From Dehalococcoidia bacterium (lineage in GTDB: Bacteria > Chloroflexota > Dehalococcoidia > UBA6926): a DNA stretch of 64,000 nucleotides. Below the pieces are notes generated by a model. It saw only the letters and a program-made list of their open reading frames with translations, did not search any database and was not told where the DNA came from. Positions 9,914-19,630 of the stretch are shown one piece after another. The translations under genes and the position numbers were made by a program. Where the stretch lies: positions 480,001 to 544,000 of the forward strand of contig CAXXET010000006.1 in NCBI GenBank assembly GCA_963666115.2. The letters are read 5' to 3'. Positions within the stretch are counted from its first letter, which is position 1. Each line of letters opens with the position of its first letter.

Positions 9914-10623
9914 TCATCGCCATCGATACTGCCACTGAGACGGCAAGCGTTGCGATTGCCCATCCGGAGGGTGGAATCGCCGCTGAACTCACGTGGCGCG
10001 CCGGCCGCAACCACACCATGCACGTCCACCCCACGCTTCGCCACCTCATGATGCTGGCAGGAATCACGCCGGACGATTTGACCGGCGTCGTGGCAACGCG
10101 CGGCCCGGGCAGCTTTACCGGCATCCGCATTGGGCTCGCGACGGCCAAGGGCCTCGCGCAAGGCCTCGGCGTGCCGATCGTCGGCGTGGGAACGCTTGCC
10201 GCATCAGCGTACGGCACCGTTCATCTTGGCCGCGCGGTGTGGTCGGTGGTGGGCGCGGGGCGGGGGCAATATGCTGCCGCTGCGTACACGGCGTCGGACG
10301 ATGGCGGCGTCGAACAACTCGTCGAGGAGGCTATCGTCTCGCCGGAGGACCTTGTTGCGCGGATGGCTGAACGCGGGGAGGACTGTGTCCTGACAGGCGA
10401 GTTTGACGAGGCGCTGGCAGACGCGGCGGCAGGTGATCTTGGGAATGCGCTCGCAATCGCGCCGGACGTCGTTCGGACGAGGACGGCGGCCAATGCCGCG
10501 CGGCTGGGTTTGCTGCGTCTGAATCGCAGCGACGTGGATGACGTCTCGACCCTGGAGCCGCTGTATTTGAGGCCGCCGGCGGCGGTGGAGCGGGCGGAGG
10601 CGCAGGCGGCGGCTAAAGGGTAG
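9910..10623 (+). CDS. tsaB: tRNA t6A biosynthesis protein TsaB
   Basis: IAIDTAT, GPGSFTGIRIG and LEPLYLR motifs; ATGA overlap with tsaE. Confidence 0.95.
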   Translation: MIIAIDTATETASVAIAHPEGGIAAELTWRAGRNHTMHVHPTLRHLMMLAGITPDDLTGVVATRGPGSFTGIRIGLATAKGLAQGLGVPIVGVGTLAASAYGTVHLGRAVWSVVGAGRGQYAAAAYTASDDGGVEQLVEEAIVSPEDLVARMAERGEDCVLTGEFDEALADAAAGDLGNALAIAPDVVRTRTAANAARLGLLRLNRSDVDDVSTLEPLYLRPPAAVERAEAQAAAKG

Positions 10624-10624
10624 G

Positions 10625-10789
10625 CTATTCCTGCTCCTTGTCCTTTTCCCGCAGCCGCTTTCGCCGACCCATGCGAGACATGAGCATCAACACGAGGATG
10701 ATGCCGACAATGAACCCAAAGCTAATGATCTCATCGGCCCAACCCGCCGCGCCGGTCAGCGCATGGGCAGGCAGCAGTGAACCAGGCAT
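10625..10789 (-). CDS. Putative small single-pass membrane protein (54 aa)
   Basis: MPGSLLPAHALTGAAGWADEIISFGFIVGIILVLMLMSRMGRRKRLREKDKEQE: one TM helix plus charged tail; fills an otherwise empty gap. Confidence 0.5.
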   Translation of the reverse strand: MPGSLLPAHALTGAAGWADEIISFGFIVGIILVLMLMSRMGRRKRLREKDKEQE

Positions 10790-10804
10790 ATGTAAGGATA
10801 CCGC

Positions 10805-11614
10805 GTGACAGACATCCCGCACGACCGCTACACCCACGGCCACCATCAATCCGTCGTCCAAAATCACGCGCGCCGGCGCGCGGAGGTGGACGCCTGGTTC
10901 CTCCTGCCCCACCTGACACCCGGTATGCGCCTGCTGGACGCGGGATGCGGGCCTGGTACGATCACCGTCGGGCTGGCGCGGGCAGTCGCGCCCGGCGCGG
11001 TTGTCGGCATCGATCTGTCCGAGGATGTGCTGGCGCAGGCGCGAGACCACGCAGCGTCCGAGGGTGTGGGCAACGTGACGTTCACGCGTGGGGACGTGTA
11101 TCAGCTCGATTACGAGGACGGCTCATTCGACGTCGTCTACGCCAATCAACTGCTGCAGCACCTGACGGATCAAGGGCGGGCGCTGCGCGAAATGCGCCGT
11201 GTCCTAAAACCCGGCGGGCTGCTGGCCATCCGGGAGACGGATTACGCCACCATGGCGCCCTCCCCAAAGTTCCCCGAGTTTGAGGAGTGGAGCCGCCTGT
11301 ACCACGACGTCGCCTACCGCAACGGGGCGGAGCCGGACGCCGGGCGAAATATGGCGCGTTGGACGCGGGAGGCAGGGTTTGCCGGCTATGAGCTGCATCC
11401 CAACGTGGTGGTGATGGACGGCGAGGAGGCGCGCTACTGGGGCCGCATGTGGTCGCAGCGCATCCTGCATTCCAACGTGGGGGAGGATGCGCTGAGGTAC
11501 GGTTTGGCGGAGCAGGCGGATTTGGACAGGATTTCAGCGGCGTGGGCGCGGTTCGCGGACTCCGAGCAGCCGTTTTACATGTACGCGCAGATAGGGGTTC
11601 TGGCGCGGAGATAG
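10805..11614 (+). CDS. Class I SAM-dependent methyltransferase (UbiE-like)
   Basis: LLDAGCGPG, SFDVV and RVLKPGG motifs. Confidence 0.9.
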   Translation: MTDIPHDRYTHGHHQSVVQNHARRRAEVDAWFLLPHLTPGMRLLDAGCGPGTITVGLARAVAPGAVVGIDLSEDVLAQARDHAASEGVGNVTFTRGDVYQLDYEDGSFDVVYANQLLQHLTDQGRALREMRRVLKPGGLLAIRETDYATMAPSPKFPEFEEWSRLYHDVAYRNGAEPDAGRNMARWTREAGFAGYELHPNVVVMDGEEARYWGRMWSQRILHSNVGEDALRYGLAEQADLDRISAAWARFADSEQPFYMYAQIGVLARR

Positions 11615-11734
11615 CGGGGCAAACACGGCGCGCGCATTGACAAGAGCGCCAATCATCCGAATCATGGTGACGTTCGCGCAGTTTGGAGGAGGCTGCGCGC
11701 GTCCGGCAGGCAGGTCATTCAGGACTGAGGAACC

Positions 11735-13075
11735 ATGTCTTCGTATCCAACCACGGTGGAGCGCCGCGTGTCCGCGCGCATTCCAACGGCCCACGGCCAA
11801 TTCCGGCTCGAATACTTCTCCAATGACGCAGACGGCAAGGAGCATCTGGCGTTTGTCTACGGCGACGTTGACGGACGCGCCAGCGTGCTTGCGCGCGTCC
11901 ATTCCGAGTGCCTGACAGGCGAGGTGTTCGGCTCCCAGCGGTGCGACTGCGCGTCCCAGCTTGATTCAGCTATCGAGGCGGTAGCGCGTGAGGGAGCCGG
12001 CGTGATCGTCTACCTGCGGCAGGAGGGGCGCGGCATTGGCCTGTTGAACAAGCTGCGCGCCTACAATCTCCAGGACGAGGGTCTCGATACCGTGGACGCC
12101 AATCTGCGCCTGGGGCACGGCGCGGACGAACGCGATTACACCGTTGCGGCATTGATCCTGGAGAGCCTGGGCGTCCGGTCCGTCAGGCTGATGACGAACA
12201 ACCCCGCGAAGGTTGAGGAGCTGCGCGGGCTGGGCATGGAGGTTGCGGGGCGCGTGCCCATGCCGGGCCCCGTTAACGAACAGAACGTGGATTACCTGAC
12301 CGCCAAGGTCAACCGGATGGGCCACATGCTTGACATCGAGCTGCCGGAAGCGGGCGGGGTGCCGGGCCCGTTCGCGCCCGCCGCCGAGAGGCGGGCAGCC
12401 GCAGAGGTCAACGGGCGGCCGTTCGTGACGCTGACGTACGCTCAGAGCCTTGACGGTTCGATAGCAGATGCCGATTCGCTGCCGTTGCACCTCAGCGGCT
12501 CCAAATCGACTGAAATGACGCATCTGCTGAGATCGTCCAACGACGCGATCCTGGTCGGCATCGGCACGGTCATTGCCGATGATCCGCGCCTTACCGTCCG
12601 GCTGGCGAACGGCAAGGACCCACAGCCAATCGTGCTGGACAGCCGCCTCCGCTGCCCGCTCAACGCGGCGCTGCTGGAGAGCTACCGCACAATGCCGTGG
12701 ATCGCGACGCTGGAGGACGCGCCGATGGAACGGCAGCTAGAACTGGAATCGGCGGGCGCGCGCGTCCTGCGCCTCCCCGCGCGGCAGGATGACGGGCTGG
12801 TTGACCTGGGGTCGCTGATGACGTGCCTCTATGAGGACGGCGTGCGAAGCCTGATGGTGGAGGGCGGCGCGCGCGTCATCACGGAGCTGCTTGCGGCGCG
12901 GCTCGTCGACCACGTCGTGATCACGATTGCGCCGATGCTCGTCGGTGGCCTCCGCGCCATCAAACACACGAACGGCAACGGCCACGCGCCATTCCCGCGC
13001 CTCCAGGGCCTCGGCTACAAGCGGGAGGGCGACGACCTGATCGTGTGGGGCAGGCCGGATTGGTCGCTGGATTGA
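11735..13075 (+). CDS. ribA: GTP cyclohydrolase II fused to RibD C-terminal (pyrimidine) reductase domain
   Basis: RVHSECLTG..GSQRCDC, QEGRGIGL..KLRAY and TNNP..K; then AQSLDG, ILVGIGTVIADDPRLTVR and LMVEGG. Confidence 0.9.
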   Translation: MSSYPTTVERRVSARIPTAHGQFRLEYFSNDADGKEHLAFVYGDVDGRASVLARVHSECLTGEVFGSQRCDCASQLDSAIEAVAREGAGVIVYLRQEGRGIGLLNKLRAYNLQDEGLDTVDANLRLGHGADERDYTVAALILESLGVRSVRLMTNNPAKVEELRGLGMEVAGRVPMPGPVNEQNVDYLTAKVNRMGHMLDIELPEAGGVPGPFAPAAERRAAAEVNGRPFVTLTYAQSLDGSIADADSLPLHLSGSKSTEMTHLLRSSNDAILVGIGTVIADDPRLTVRLANGKDPQPIVLDSRLRCPLNAALLESYRTMPWIATLEDAPMERQLELESAGARVLRLPARQDDGLVDLGSLMTCLYEDGVRSLMVEGGARVITELLAARLVDHVVITIAPMLVGGLRAIKHTNGNGHAPFPRLQGLGYKREGDDLIVWGRPDWSLD

Positions 13076-14094
13076 AGAGCAGCGCAGTAACGTTCGTTGG
13101 GCCGGGGCAAGTTGAGGTTCAACACGAGGAATTGAGCGGCGCGTCTGCCGGGCGCGCGCTCGTTCGGACGCGTGTCTCCGCAATCAGCGCGGGCACGGAA
13201 CTGCTCGTCTACCGTGGACAAGCGCCGTCCGAAATGGCCGCCGATGAGTCAATCGCCGCGCTCGGCGGCGACCTGTCGTTTCCGCTTCAATATGGTTATG
13301 CGGCAGCGGGAGACGTTGTCGAAACGGGAGAGGGGGTGGATGCCCGTCTGCGTGGTCGGCGCGTGTTTGCCTTCAATCCTCACGCCTCTCTCTTCGAGGC
13401 CGATCCCGGCGCGCTGATGGACATTCCCGACGGCGTGTCATACGAGGACGCGGCGATGCTGCCGTCGATGGAAACGGCAGTCAATTTCGCCATGGACGGC
13501 GCGCCGCTTGTGGGCGAAAACGTCCTGGTAATCGGGCAGGGCGTCGTGGGCCTGCTCACGACGGCGCTGCTGGCGCAGATCCCGCTCGGCGCGCTGGTGA
13601 CGTTGGACGGCATCGAGGCGCGGCGAGAGGCGTCGATGCGGCTTGGGGCAACGGCTGCGCTCGATCCCGCAGCCCCCGGCGTGATGGATGAAATCGCCGC
13701 AGCGTTCGGCGGTCGTGGGGCGGACCTGGTCTATGAGTTGTCCGGCAGGCCGGAGGCGCTGGATACGGCGATTGCGGCGGCGGGATACGGCGGCCGCGTC
13801 GTCATCGGCTCGTGGTATGGAACCAAGCAGGCGCCCATCGATTTGGGCGGCAGCTTTCACCGCAGCCGCATCAAGCTGGTCAGCAGCCAGGTTACGACCA
13901 TTGCGCCGGGGTTGTCGGGCAGGTGGGACAAGCAGCGGCGGTTCGAGACGGCGTGGCGAATGATCGAGCGAGTCCGGCCGGCGCAGTTGGTCACCCACCG
14001 CTTTCCCGTAGAGGACGCCCCCGCCGCCTACAAGCTGCTGGATGAATCGCCGGGCGATGCGCTCCAGGTTCTGCTGACGTACCATAATCCCTAG
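13072..14094 (+). CDS. MDR-superfamily (alcohol dehydrogenase-like) oxidoreductase lacking the classical catalytic Zn ligands
   Basis: SAISAGTE and GYAAAG in place of C..D/GHE; GQGVVG Rossmann motif; TTG start overlaps the ribA TGA. Confidence 0.85.
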   Translation: MKSSAVTFVGPGQVEVQHEELSGASAGRALVRTRVSAISAGTELLVYRGQAPSEMAADESIAALGGDLSFPLQYGYAAAGDVVETGEGVDARLRGRRVFAFNPHASLFEADPGALMDIPDGVSYEDAAMLPSMETAVNFAMDGAPLVGENVLVIGQGVVGLLTTALLAQIPLGALVTLDGIEARREASMRLGATAALDPAAPGVMDEIAAAFGGRGADLVYELSGRPEALDTAIAAAGYGGRVVIGSWYGTKQAPIDLGGSFHRSRIKLVSSQVTTIAPGLSGRWDKQRRFETAWRMIERVRPAQLVTHRFPVEDAPAAYKLLDESPGDALQVLLTYHNP

Positions 14095-14139
14095 CGGCGA
14101 GCCGATGGGCGGTAAATTCACCGGGAGGAACGGGAGAGA

Positions 14140-14523
14140 ATGTACTCGGTTTCCGTGACGCGCTCATTCACGGCGTGGCACTACCTGATCGGCGGCGACT
14201 TTGGCCCGGAGAACGAGCGCAACAGCCACGACTACGGCGTGGAGGCGCGGTTGGAGGGGCCGGGGCTGGATGAGCACGGCTACTTGGTGGACATTACCGC
14301 CGTCCGCGCCGCGCTGGACGAGGTGGAGTCGCGCTACGCGGGCAACACGCTCAACGACTTCGCGGAGTTCGACGGCTTGAATCCGAGCGTGGAACACTTC
14401 GCCCGCATCCTGTGGGAGTTCATCGCAGACCGCATCCCCACGGACTCGCTGACCGCCCTGACCGTGCGGATACGGGAGGACGATGACGCGTGGGCGTCCT
14501 ACGGCAGGGAGTTCTCCGCTTGA
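14140..14523 (+). CDS. 6-pyruvoyl-tetrahydropterin synthase/QueD-family (COG0720) T-fold protein, atypical active site
   Basis: FTAWHYL, SHDY, GYLVD, LND and NPSVEHFA motifs. Confidence 0.85.
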   Translation: MYSVSVTRSFTAWHYLIGGDFGPENERNSHDYGVEARLEGPGLDEHGYLVDITAVRAALDEVESRYAGNTLNDFAEFDGLNPSVEHFARILWEFIADRIPTDSLTALTVRIREDDDAWASYGREFSA

Positions 14524-15611
14524 AGGTCGGCCTGGTCATCTACGGCAGCCTGGACAACCTGTCCGGCGGCTACCTGTACGACCGCAAGCTGGTGGAATGC
14601 CTGCGGGCGGCGGGCGACGAGGTTCACGTCATCGGGATTCCCTGGCGGAACTATGGCCGCCACCTGGCGGACGGGTTCTCGAACCAGTTGCGGCGCGAGT
14701 TGATGTCCGCAGACGTTGACGTGATGCTGCAGGATGAGTTGAATCATCCGTCGCTCTGGCGTGTTAATCGTGCGGTTCGCGGTCGTTGGTCAATCATCTC
14801 CATCGTCCACCATCTCCGCATGAGTGAAATGCGGGCGGGCTGGAAGAATCGCGCGTATGGAGTCATCGAACGCGGCTATCTCCGCTCCGTCGACGGGTTC
14901 GTCTTCAACAGTGAAACGACGCGGGACACGGTTCACGCGCAGATAGGCGGCGATAAGCCGCACGTCGTGGCTTTTCCCGCCGGTGACCGGTTTCAGTCCG
15001 GCGTGACTGAGGAGGACGTAAGGGCCCGGGCCGCGGCGGACGGGCCGCTGCGAATCCTGTTCTTGGGGAACGTGATCGAGCGCAAGCAGCTCCACGTGCT
15101 GTTGGAGGCGCTGACGCTGGTGTGGAACGAGCCGATGTGGCTGGACGTCGTGGGCGGACTGGACGCGGAGCCGCAATACGCGGCGCGAGTACGAAGACAG
15201 GCCGAACGGCTGGGGCTGAGTGACCGCGTGGCATTTCACGGCCCGCTGGACGATGACGCGCTGCGGGAGCGCCTGGCATCCGCGCATGTTCTCGCCGTGC
15301 CGTCGTCCTATGAGGGATACGGTATTGTGTACGTGGAGGGCATGGGATTCGGACTGCCCGCGATCGCGACAGATTCCGGCGCGGCGCGGGAAATCGTCAC
15401 CGACCGCCGTGACGGGTTCCTGATCCCGACAGGCTCAGCGCCGGAATTGTCCATACGGCTGCGCGACCTTGCAACGGATCGAAAGCGTCTTGCCCGCATG
15501 GGCGGGCAGGCGCTCAAGCGGTTCGCCCGCCATCTCACGTGGGAGCAGTCCATGACAGCCGTCCGGGAGTTCCTGCTGGAAATCGTGGAGAAAGCCAATG
15601 CCGGGACCTGA
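14520..15611 (+). CDS. Glycosyltransferase family 4
   Basis: SGGYLYDR, FLGNVIERK and PSSYEGYGIVYVEGMGFGLP motifs; TTG start overlaps the PTPS stop. Confidence 0.9.
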   Translation: MKVGLVIYGSLDNLSGGYLYDRKLVECLRAAGDEVHVIGIPWRNYGRHLADGFSNQLRRELMSADVDVMLQDELNHPSLWRVNRAVRGRWSIISIVHHLRMSEMRAGWKNRAYGVIERGYLRSVDGFVFNSETTRDTVHAQIGGDKPHVVAFPAGDRFQSGVTEEDVRARAAADGPLRILFLGNVIERKQLHVLLEALTLVWNEPMWLDVVGGLDAEPQYAARVRRQAERLGLSDRVAFHGPLDDDALRERLASAHVLAVPSSYEGYGIVYVEGMGFGLPAIATDSGAAREIVTDRRDGFLIPTGSAPELSIRLRDLATDRKRLARMGGQALKRFARHLTWEQSMTAVREFLLEIVEKANAGT

Positions 15612-16488
15612 AAACTACAGCACGGTTCGCTACCTCAAAGCTAAGGCTGCCGTCGATGACGACGCGCTCAATACGCGGGTGTACAACGCCCTGGCGGAGG
15701 GCATGGCCGGCATGGGAGACGGGCGGCCACTCCGCATCGTCGAGGTTGGCGCGGGCGTGGGCAGCACGTTCAGGCGGCTGTTTGCACGGGGGCTGCTTTC
15801 ACGCGGCGAGTACGTGATGGTCGATCTGGACACGGAAAGCCTTGCGGAAGCGGAACGCGCGGTTGGGGGCATCCTGGACGCGGGAGACCGCGCGGGGATG
15901 GCAGTGAACGTCGTGGCGGGAGATGCCGTCGCGTATCTGCGCGGGGAGGCAGAGGCGGGCCGCCGCGCCGACGTGATTATCGCGCAGGCGCTTGTCGATC
16001 TGCTAAACGTGCCGGCGTTCTTGGAGTCTGCCGCCAGCGCGCTCAGGCCGGGCGGGCTGCTTTATTTACCCATCACCTTTGACGGGGAAACCGTTTTCGA
16101 GCCTGCCGCCATGCCCGAGCTAGATGCGCTTGTGATTAACTCCTATCATCGCACGATGGACGAGAGGATGACCCCGGACGGCCTGCCAACCGGCGGCAGC
16201 AGGGCGGGGCGAACGCTGCTTGTGGAGTTGCCGCAGGCGGGTCTTGCAATAACGGCGGCGGGCGCGTCGGATTGGGTGGTGTACCCGCAGGGCGGGGAGT
16301 ATCCGGGGGATACGGCGTACTTCCTGCACCACATCATCAACTTCGTGTGGCAATCGCTGAGCAGCGACACCGGGGTGTTCAGCGCGGGGCTGGAAGAGTG
16401 GATTGGGCGGCGTCACCGCCAGATTGAGCAGGGCCAACTCATTTACATCGCGCGCCAGCTTGACGTTCTGGCGCGGAAACATGGTTAG
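15598..16488 (+). CDS. Class I SAM-dependent methyltransferase-like protein
   Basis: IVEVGAGVGST and ALRPGG motifs; overlaps the GT4 3' end. Confidence 0.82.
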   Translation: MPGPENYSTVRYLKAKAAVDDDALNTRVYNALAEGMAGMGDGRPLRIVEVGAGVGSTFRRLFARGLLSRGEYVMVDLDTESLAEAERAVGGILDAGDRAGMAVNVVAGDAVAYLRGEAEAGRRADVIIAQALVDLLNVPAFLESAASALRPGGLLYLPITFDGETVFEPAAMPELDALVINSYHRTMDERMTPDGLPTGGSRAGRTLLVELPQAGLAITAAGASDWVVYPQGGEYPGDTAYFLHHIINFVWQSLSSDTGVFSAGLEEWIGRRHRQIEQGQLIYIARQLDVLARKHG

Positions 16489-16497
16489 CGGCAGCGG

Positions 16498-17463
16498 CTA
16501 GTCGTCGTCCGCCGTTGGCTCATCGTCCAGGATGATGAAGTCGTCCGCGCCGCGCGCCCGCAGCGAGTCAAGCAGACTTTCCCCGATTTCCTGCGGGGAC
16601 GTCGATACACCGGTGGTCAGGGATTCCCGCAGCAGAATCGTTCCGTCCGGCGTGGCGGCCATCGCTTCAACGGAGAGCGCGCTGCCGCCAACTGTGGCAT
16701 AGCAGGCAAGGGGCGTGCGGCAGAACCCTCCCACCGCTCTCAGGAAAGCGCGTTCGGCTTCGGCGGCGAGCCTGTCGTTCCGGTCTTCGATGAGAGCCGC
16801 GACGGCGCATGCCTCGTCATTGCTTTCAAGACATTCGATGCCGAGCGCGCCCTGGCCGACTGCGGGGAGCATGATGTCCGGCTCAAGGTATTCCGTGATA
16901 GTGTCGTCCATTCCGAGACGTTGTAGCCCGACGGCGGCCAGCACGGCGGCCTCCGCCTCGATCTCCCGCCCCTCGCCGGTCACCTTGCGGACGCGCGTAT
17001 CCACGTTGCCGCGCAGCAGCACGATGTCAAGATCGGGCCGCGTCGCGAGAACCTGCGCGGCGCGGCGGATGCTGCCCGTGCCCACGCGCGCGCCGGGGGG
17101 GAGTTCGTTCAGCGTTTGGCCGTCTCGTGAGACGAGAACATCGCGGGGATCGTTGCGCGGCATGACGGCGGCCAGCGTGTGGCCGGGTGGGAGGCGCGTG
17201 GGCAGGTCCTTGAGGCTGTGGACAGCGAAGTCGATCTCGCCGTTGGCAAGCGCAATCTGTATCTCCTTGACGAACACGCCCTGCCCGAGGTCGGGGATGG
17301 GAGCGGTGGGGCGTCGTTCAGCCGCCGTCGTGATGCCCACAACCTCAAACGCAAGCTCCGGCCGCTGCGCCCGGACGGCCTGCATGAACATGTCCGTCTG
17401 GATCATCGCCAGGCGACTCGTTCGCGTGCCGACGCGGAGAGGGCGGTTTTGAGGAGAAGCCAT
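16498..17463 (-). CDS. hemC: Porphobilinogen deaminase
   Basis: VGTRTSRLAMIQ, AVHSLKDLP, GTGSIRR, RGNVDTR and PAVGQGALG motifs. Confidence 0.95.
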   Translation of the reverse strand: MASPQNRPLRVGTRTSRLAMIQTDMFMQAVRAQRPELAFEVVGITTAAERRPTAPIPDLGQGVFVKEIQIALANGEIDFAVHSLKDLPTRLPPGHTLAAVMPRNDPRDVLVSRDGQTLNELPPGARVGTGSIRRAAQVLATRPDLDIVLLRGNVDTRVRKVTGEGREIEAEAAVLAAVGLQRLGMDDTITEYLEPDIMLPAVGQGALGIECLESNDEACAVAALIEDRNDRLAAEAERAFLRAVGGFCRTPLACYATVGGSALSVEAMAATPDGTILLRESLTTGVSTSPQEIGESLLDSLRARGADDFIILDDEPTADDD

Positions 17464-18962
17464 TAGTCGTTCGCCGCCCACGCGCGGGCTGCGTCTACGA
17501 TGCCGTTCGCGGTGTGTTCAGCGGCCTCAACCGTGACGGTTAGCCCGACCTCCTCCGCGCCGCGTGACGTCGTTGGGCCGGCGGAGATGAACGGAATGCC
17601 GTCCAGGTGTGAGGCGTCCGCGCCAAGCGCCGTGACCAGGTTGCGGGCCGTCGACGGGCTGGTGAGGATAATCCCGTCGATGCCGCGCTCCATGGCCTCG
17701 CGGGCGCGTTCCGCGAGAGCCGGGCCGGCCATCGTCCGGTACACGACGACGGGATGAGGCTCAAGCCCGCGTTCGCGCAGGGCGTCGGGCAGGGCATCGT
17801 CCGCGAGGTTGCCGCGCGGCAGGAGAATGGCGTCCCCCGGTTGAGCGGCGGCTGCGATGGCGTCCGCCAATCCAACGCTGTTGTAGCGTTCCGGCATGGT
17901 GTCGTGCCTCAGCCCGTGCCGGTTCAACGCGGCGGCGGTGGCGGGGCCGATGGCGGCAAGCCGCGCGCCGGACAGACTGCGCCCATCGCGCCCGGTTGCC
18001 AGTAGGCGCCGCATGAAATAATCGACGCCGTTGACGCTGGTGAACGCGATGAAGTGGAAGCGCGGCGCGTCATCGAGCGCCGCATCCATGTCCGACTGCT
18101 CCTCCGCCTCTGCGAAAGCGACTGCGGGGACGTGGACGACTTCCGCGCCCGCGTCGTCCAGCATCGTGATCAGCTCCGCCGCCCGCGCCTCTCCCCGCAG
18201 AACCATGAGGCGGCGGCCAAACAGGGGCCTCTTCTCCAGCCACGCGATGCGGTCGCGGAGGCTGACGACGTGGCCGCACACGAGCAGCGCGGGCGCCTGG
18301 GCGCCGATGTCCGCGGCCTTGCCCGCAATCGTTCCCAGGGTGGCGACGGTCGTGCGCTGCTGTGACGTTGTGGCGCGTTCGATGAGCGCGGCGGGAATAT
18401 CGTCCGCCCAGCCGTCCGCTTTGAGAGATTCGACAACGGCGGCGAGAGTGCGGACGCCCATGAGGACGATGGCCGTTTCGCGCCCCGCCCCCGTGTCCGG
18501 CGGCTCTCCCGCCGCGCCCTGCCCGGTGAGGATGCGGACGGCGGAGGCATGGTGGCGGTCTGTTGGCGGGATGCCGGCGTAGGCGGGGCCGGCAAGCGCG
18601 GACGTGACGCCGGGGACGACGTCAAAGTCGACGCCCGCCTCCGCAAGGGCTGTGGCCTCCTCGCCGCCGCGTCCGAAGAGGAACGGATCGCCTCCCTTGA
18701 GGCGGACGACGCGCTTCCCGTTGCGGGCGCGGTCTACAAGGGTCTGGTTGATCGTTTGTTGGAGGCTGTGGCCGGAGGATGGATGCTTGCCGACGTTGAT
18801 CAGTTCAGCGCCGGAGCGCGCTTCGGCCAGCAACGAAGGGTTGACGAGCCTGTCATAGACGATGACGTCCGCGCGGCGGAGCAGACGCGCGCCGCGCACG
18901 GTGATCAGCCCCGGATCGCCCGGCCCCGCGCCCACCAGGTGGACGATGCCGCTCTCAGCCAC
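17463..18962 (-). CDS. cobA: Uroporphyrinogen-III C-methyltransferase fused to uroporphyrinogen-III synthase
   Basis: LVGAGPGDPGLIT and RLKGGDPFLFGRGGEE; C-terminal HemD domain (FTSVNGV, AIGPATA, TSPST). Confidence 0.93.
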   Translation of the reverse strand: MAESGIVHLVGAGPGDPGLITVRGARLLRRADVIVYDRLVNPSLLAEARSGAELINVGKHPSSGHSLQQTINQTLVDRARNGKRVVRLKGGDPFLFGRGGEEATALAEAGVDFDVVPGVTSALAGPAYAGIPPTDRHHASAVRILTGQGAAGEPPDTGAGRETAIVLMGVRTLAAVVESLKADGWADDIPAALIERATTSQQRTTVATLGTIAGKAADIGAQAPALLVCGHVVSLRDRIAWLEKRPLFGRRLMVLRGEARAAELITMLDDAGAEVVHVPAVAFAEAEEQSDMDAALDDAPRFHFIAFTSVNGVDYFMRRLLATGRDGRSLSGARLAAIGPATAAALNRHGLRHDTMPERYNSVGLADAIAAAAQPGDAILLPRGNLADDALPDALRERGLEPHPVVVYRTMAGPALAERAREAMERGIDGIILTSPSTARNLVTALGADASHLDGIPFISAGPTTSRGAEEVGLTVTVEAAEHTANGIVDAARAWAAND

Positions 18963-19596
18963 TGCTCCCGTCCGTCAGCAGGGCCACAAGACGATCCCGC
19001 AGACCGGCCTCATCGCCGGCGGTGATCATGGCGCGCGTCTCGTGGTCATTCAGCGCGTTCTGCCAGCGGCCTGACGGCGGCCTTTTGCCATCCCGCCGTA
19101 ATCCCTCTCGCACACCAGCGAGAACGTCCAACAACATGCCATATTCCGCAGGCAATGCCTCATCAATCTCCCGGCGCAGGAACGACGCCATCGCGGGGCT
19201 GCGGCCATTTGTTGAGATGGCAACCGTCGCGTCGCCGCGCTTGACGAGGGCGGGGTAGATCCATGTGCAGAGGTCGGTGATGTCCACGACGTTGAGGAGG
19301 CATTTTTCACGCTCCGCCTCCTCGCGGATGTGCTCGCTGAGCGGGCGGTCGTGGGTTGTGGCTGAGATGGCCAGGAACGCGCCCGCAAGATCGCCGGCCT
19401 CGTAGCCGCGGGAGCGCAGTGTAATCTCGCCGCGTTCGGCCATTTCGGTGAATCGGGGACGCTCCCGGGGGCTAATGACGGTAACGACAGCGCCCGCCTC
19501 GACGAGCGCGCCCGCCTTCGTCTGCGCCTCATCATCGTCGCCGATGACGACGCAATTCCTGCCGCGCAGGTCAAGGTAGACGGGAAAGTAACCCAT
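18955..19596 (-). CDS. Precorrin-2 dehydrogenase/sirohydrochlorin ferrochelatase (SirC/CysG N-terminal type)
   Basis: YFPVYLDL, LLNVVD and AISTNGRSPA motifs. Confidence 0.88.
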   Translation of the reverse strand: MGYFPVYLDLRGRNCVVIGDDDEAQTKAGALVEAGAVVTVISPRERPRFTEMAERGEITLRSRGYEAGDLAGAFLAISATTHDRPLSEHIREEAEREKCLLNVVDITDLCTWIYPALVKRGDATVAISTNGRSPAMASFLRREIDEALPAEYGMLLDVLAGVREGLRRDGKRPPSGRWQNALNDHETRAMITAGDEAGLRDRLVALLTDGSSG

Positions 19597-19630
19597 GCCG
19601 CGCCCTCGTGTAGCAGGCCGGGGCCCCTGC

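Noticed and set aside
11615-11734. FMN riboswitch ahead of ribA
   Set aside because: Region too short and no RFN core recognised; only a TTGACA and a small hairpin
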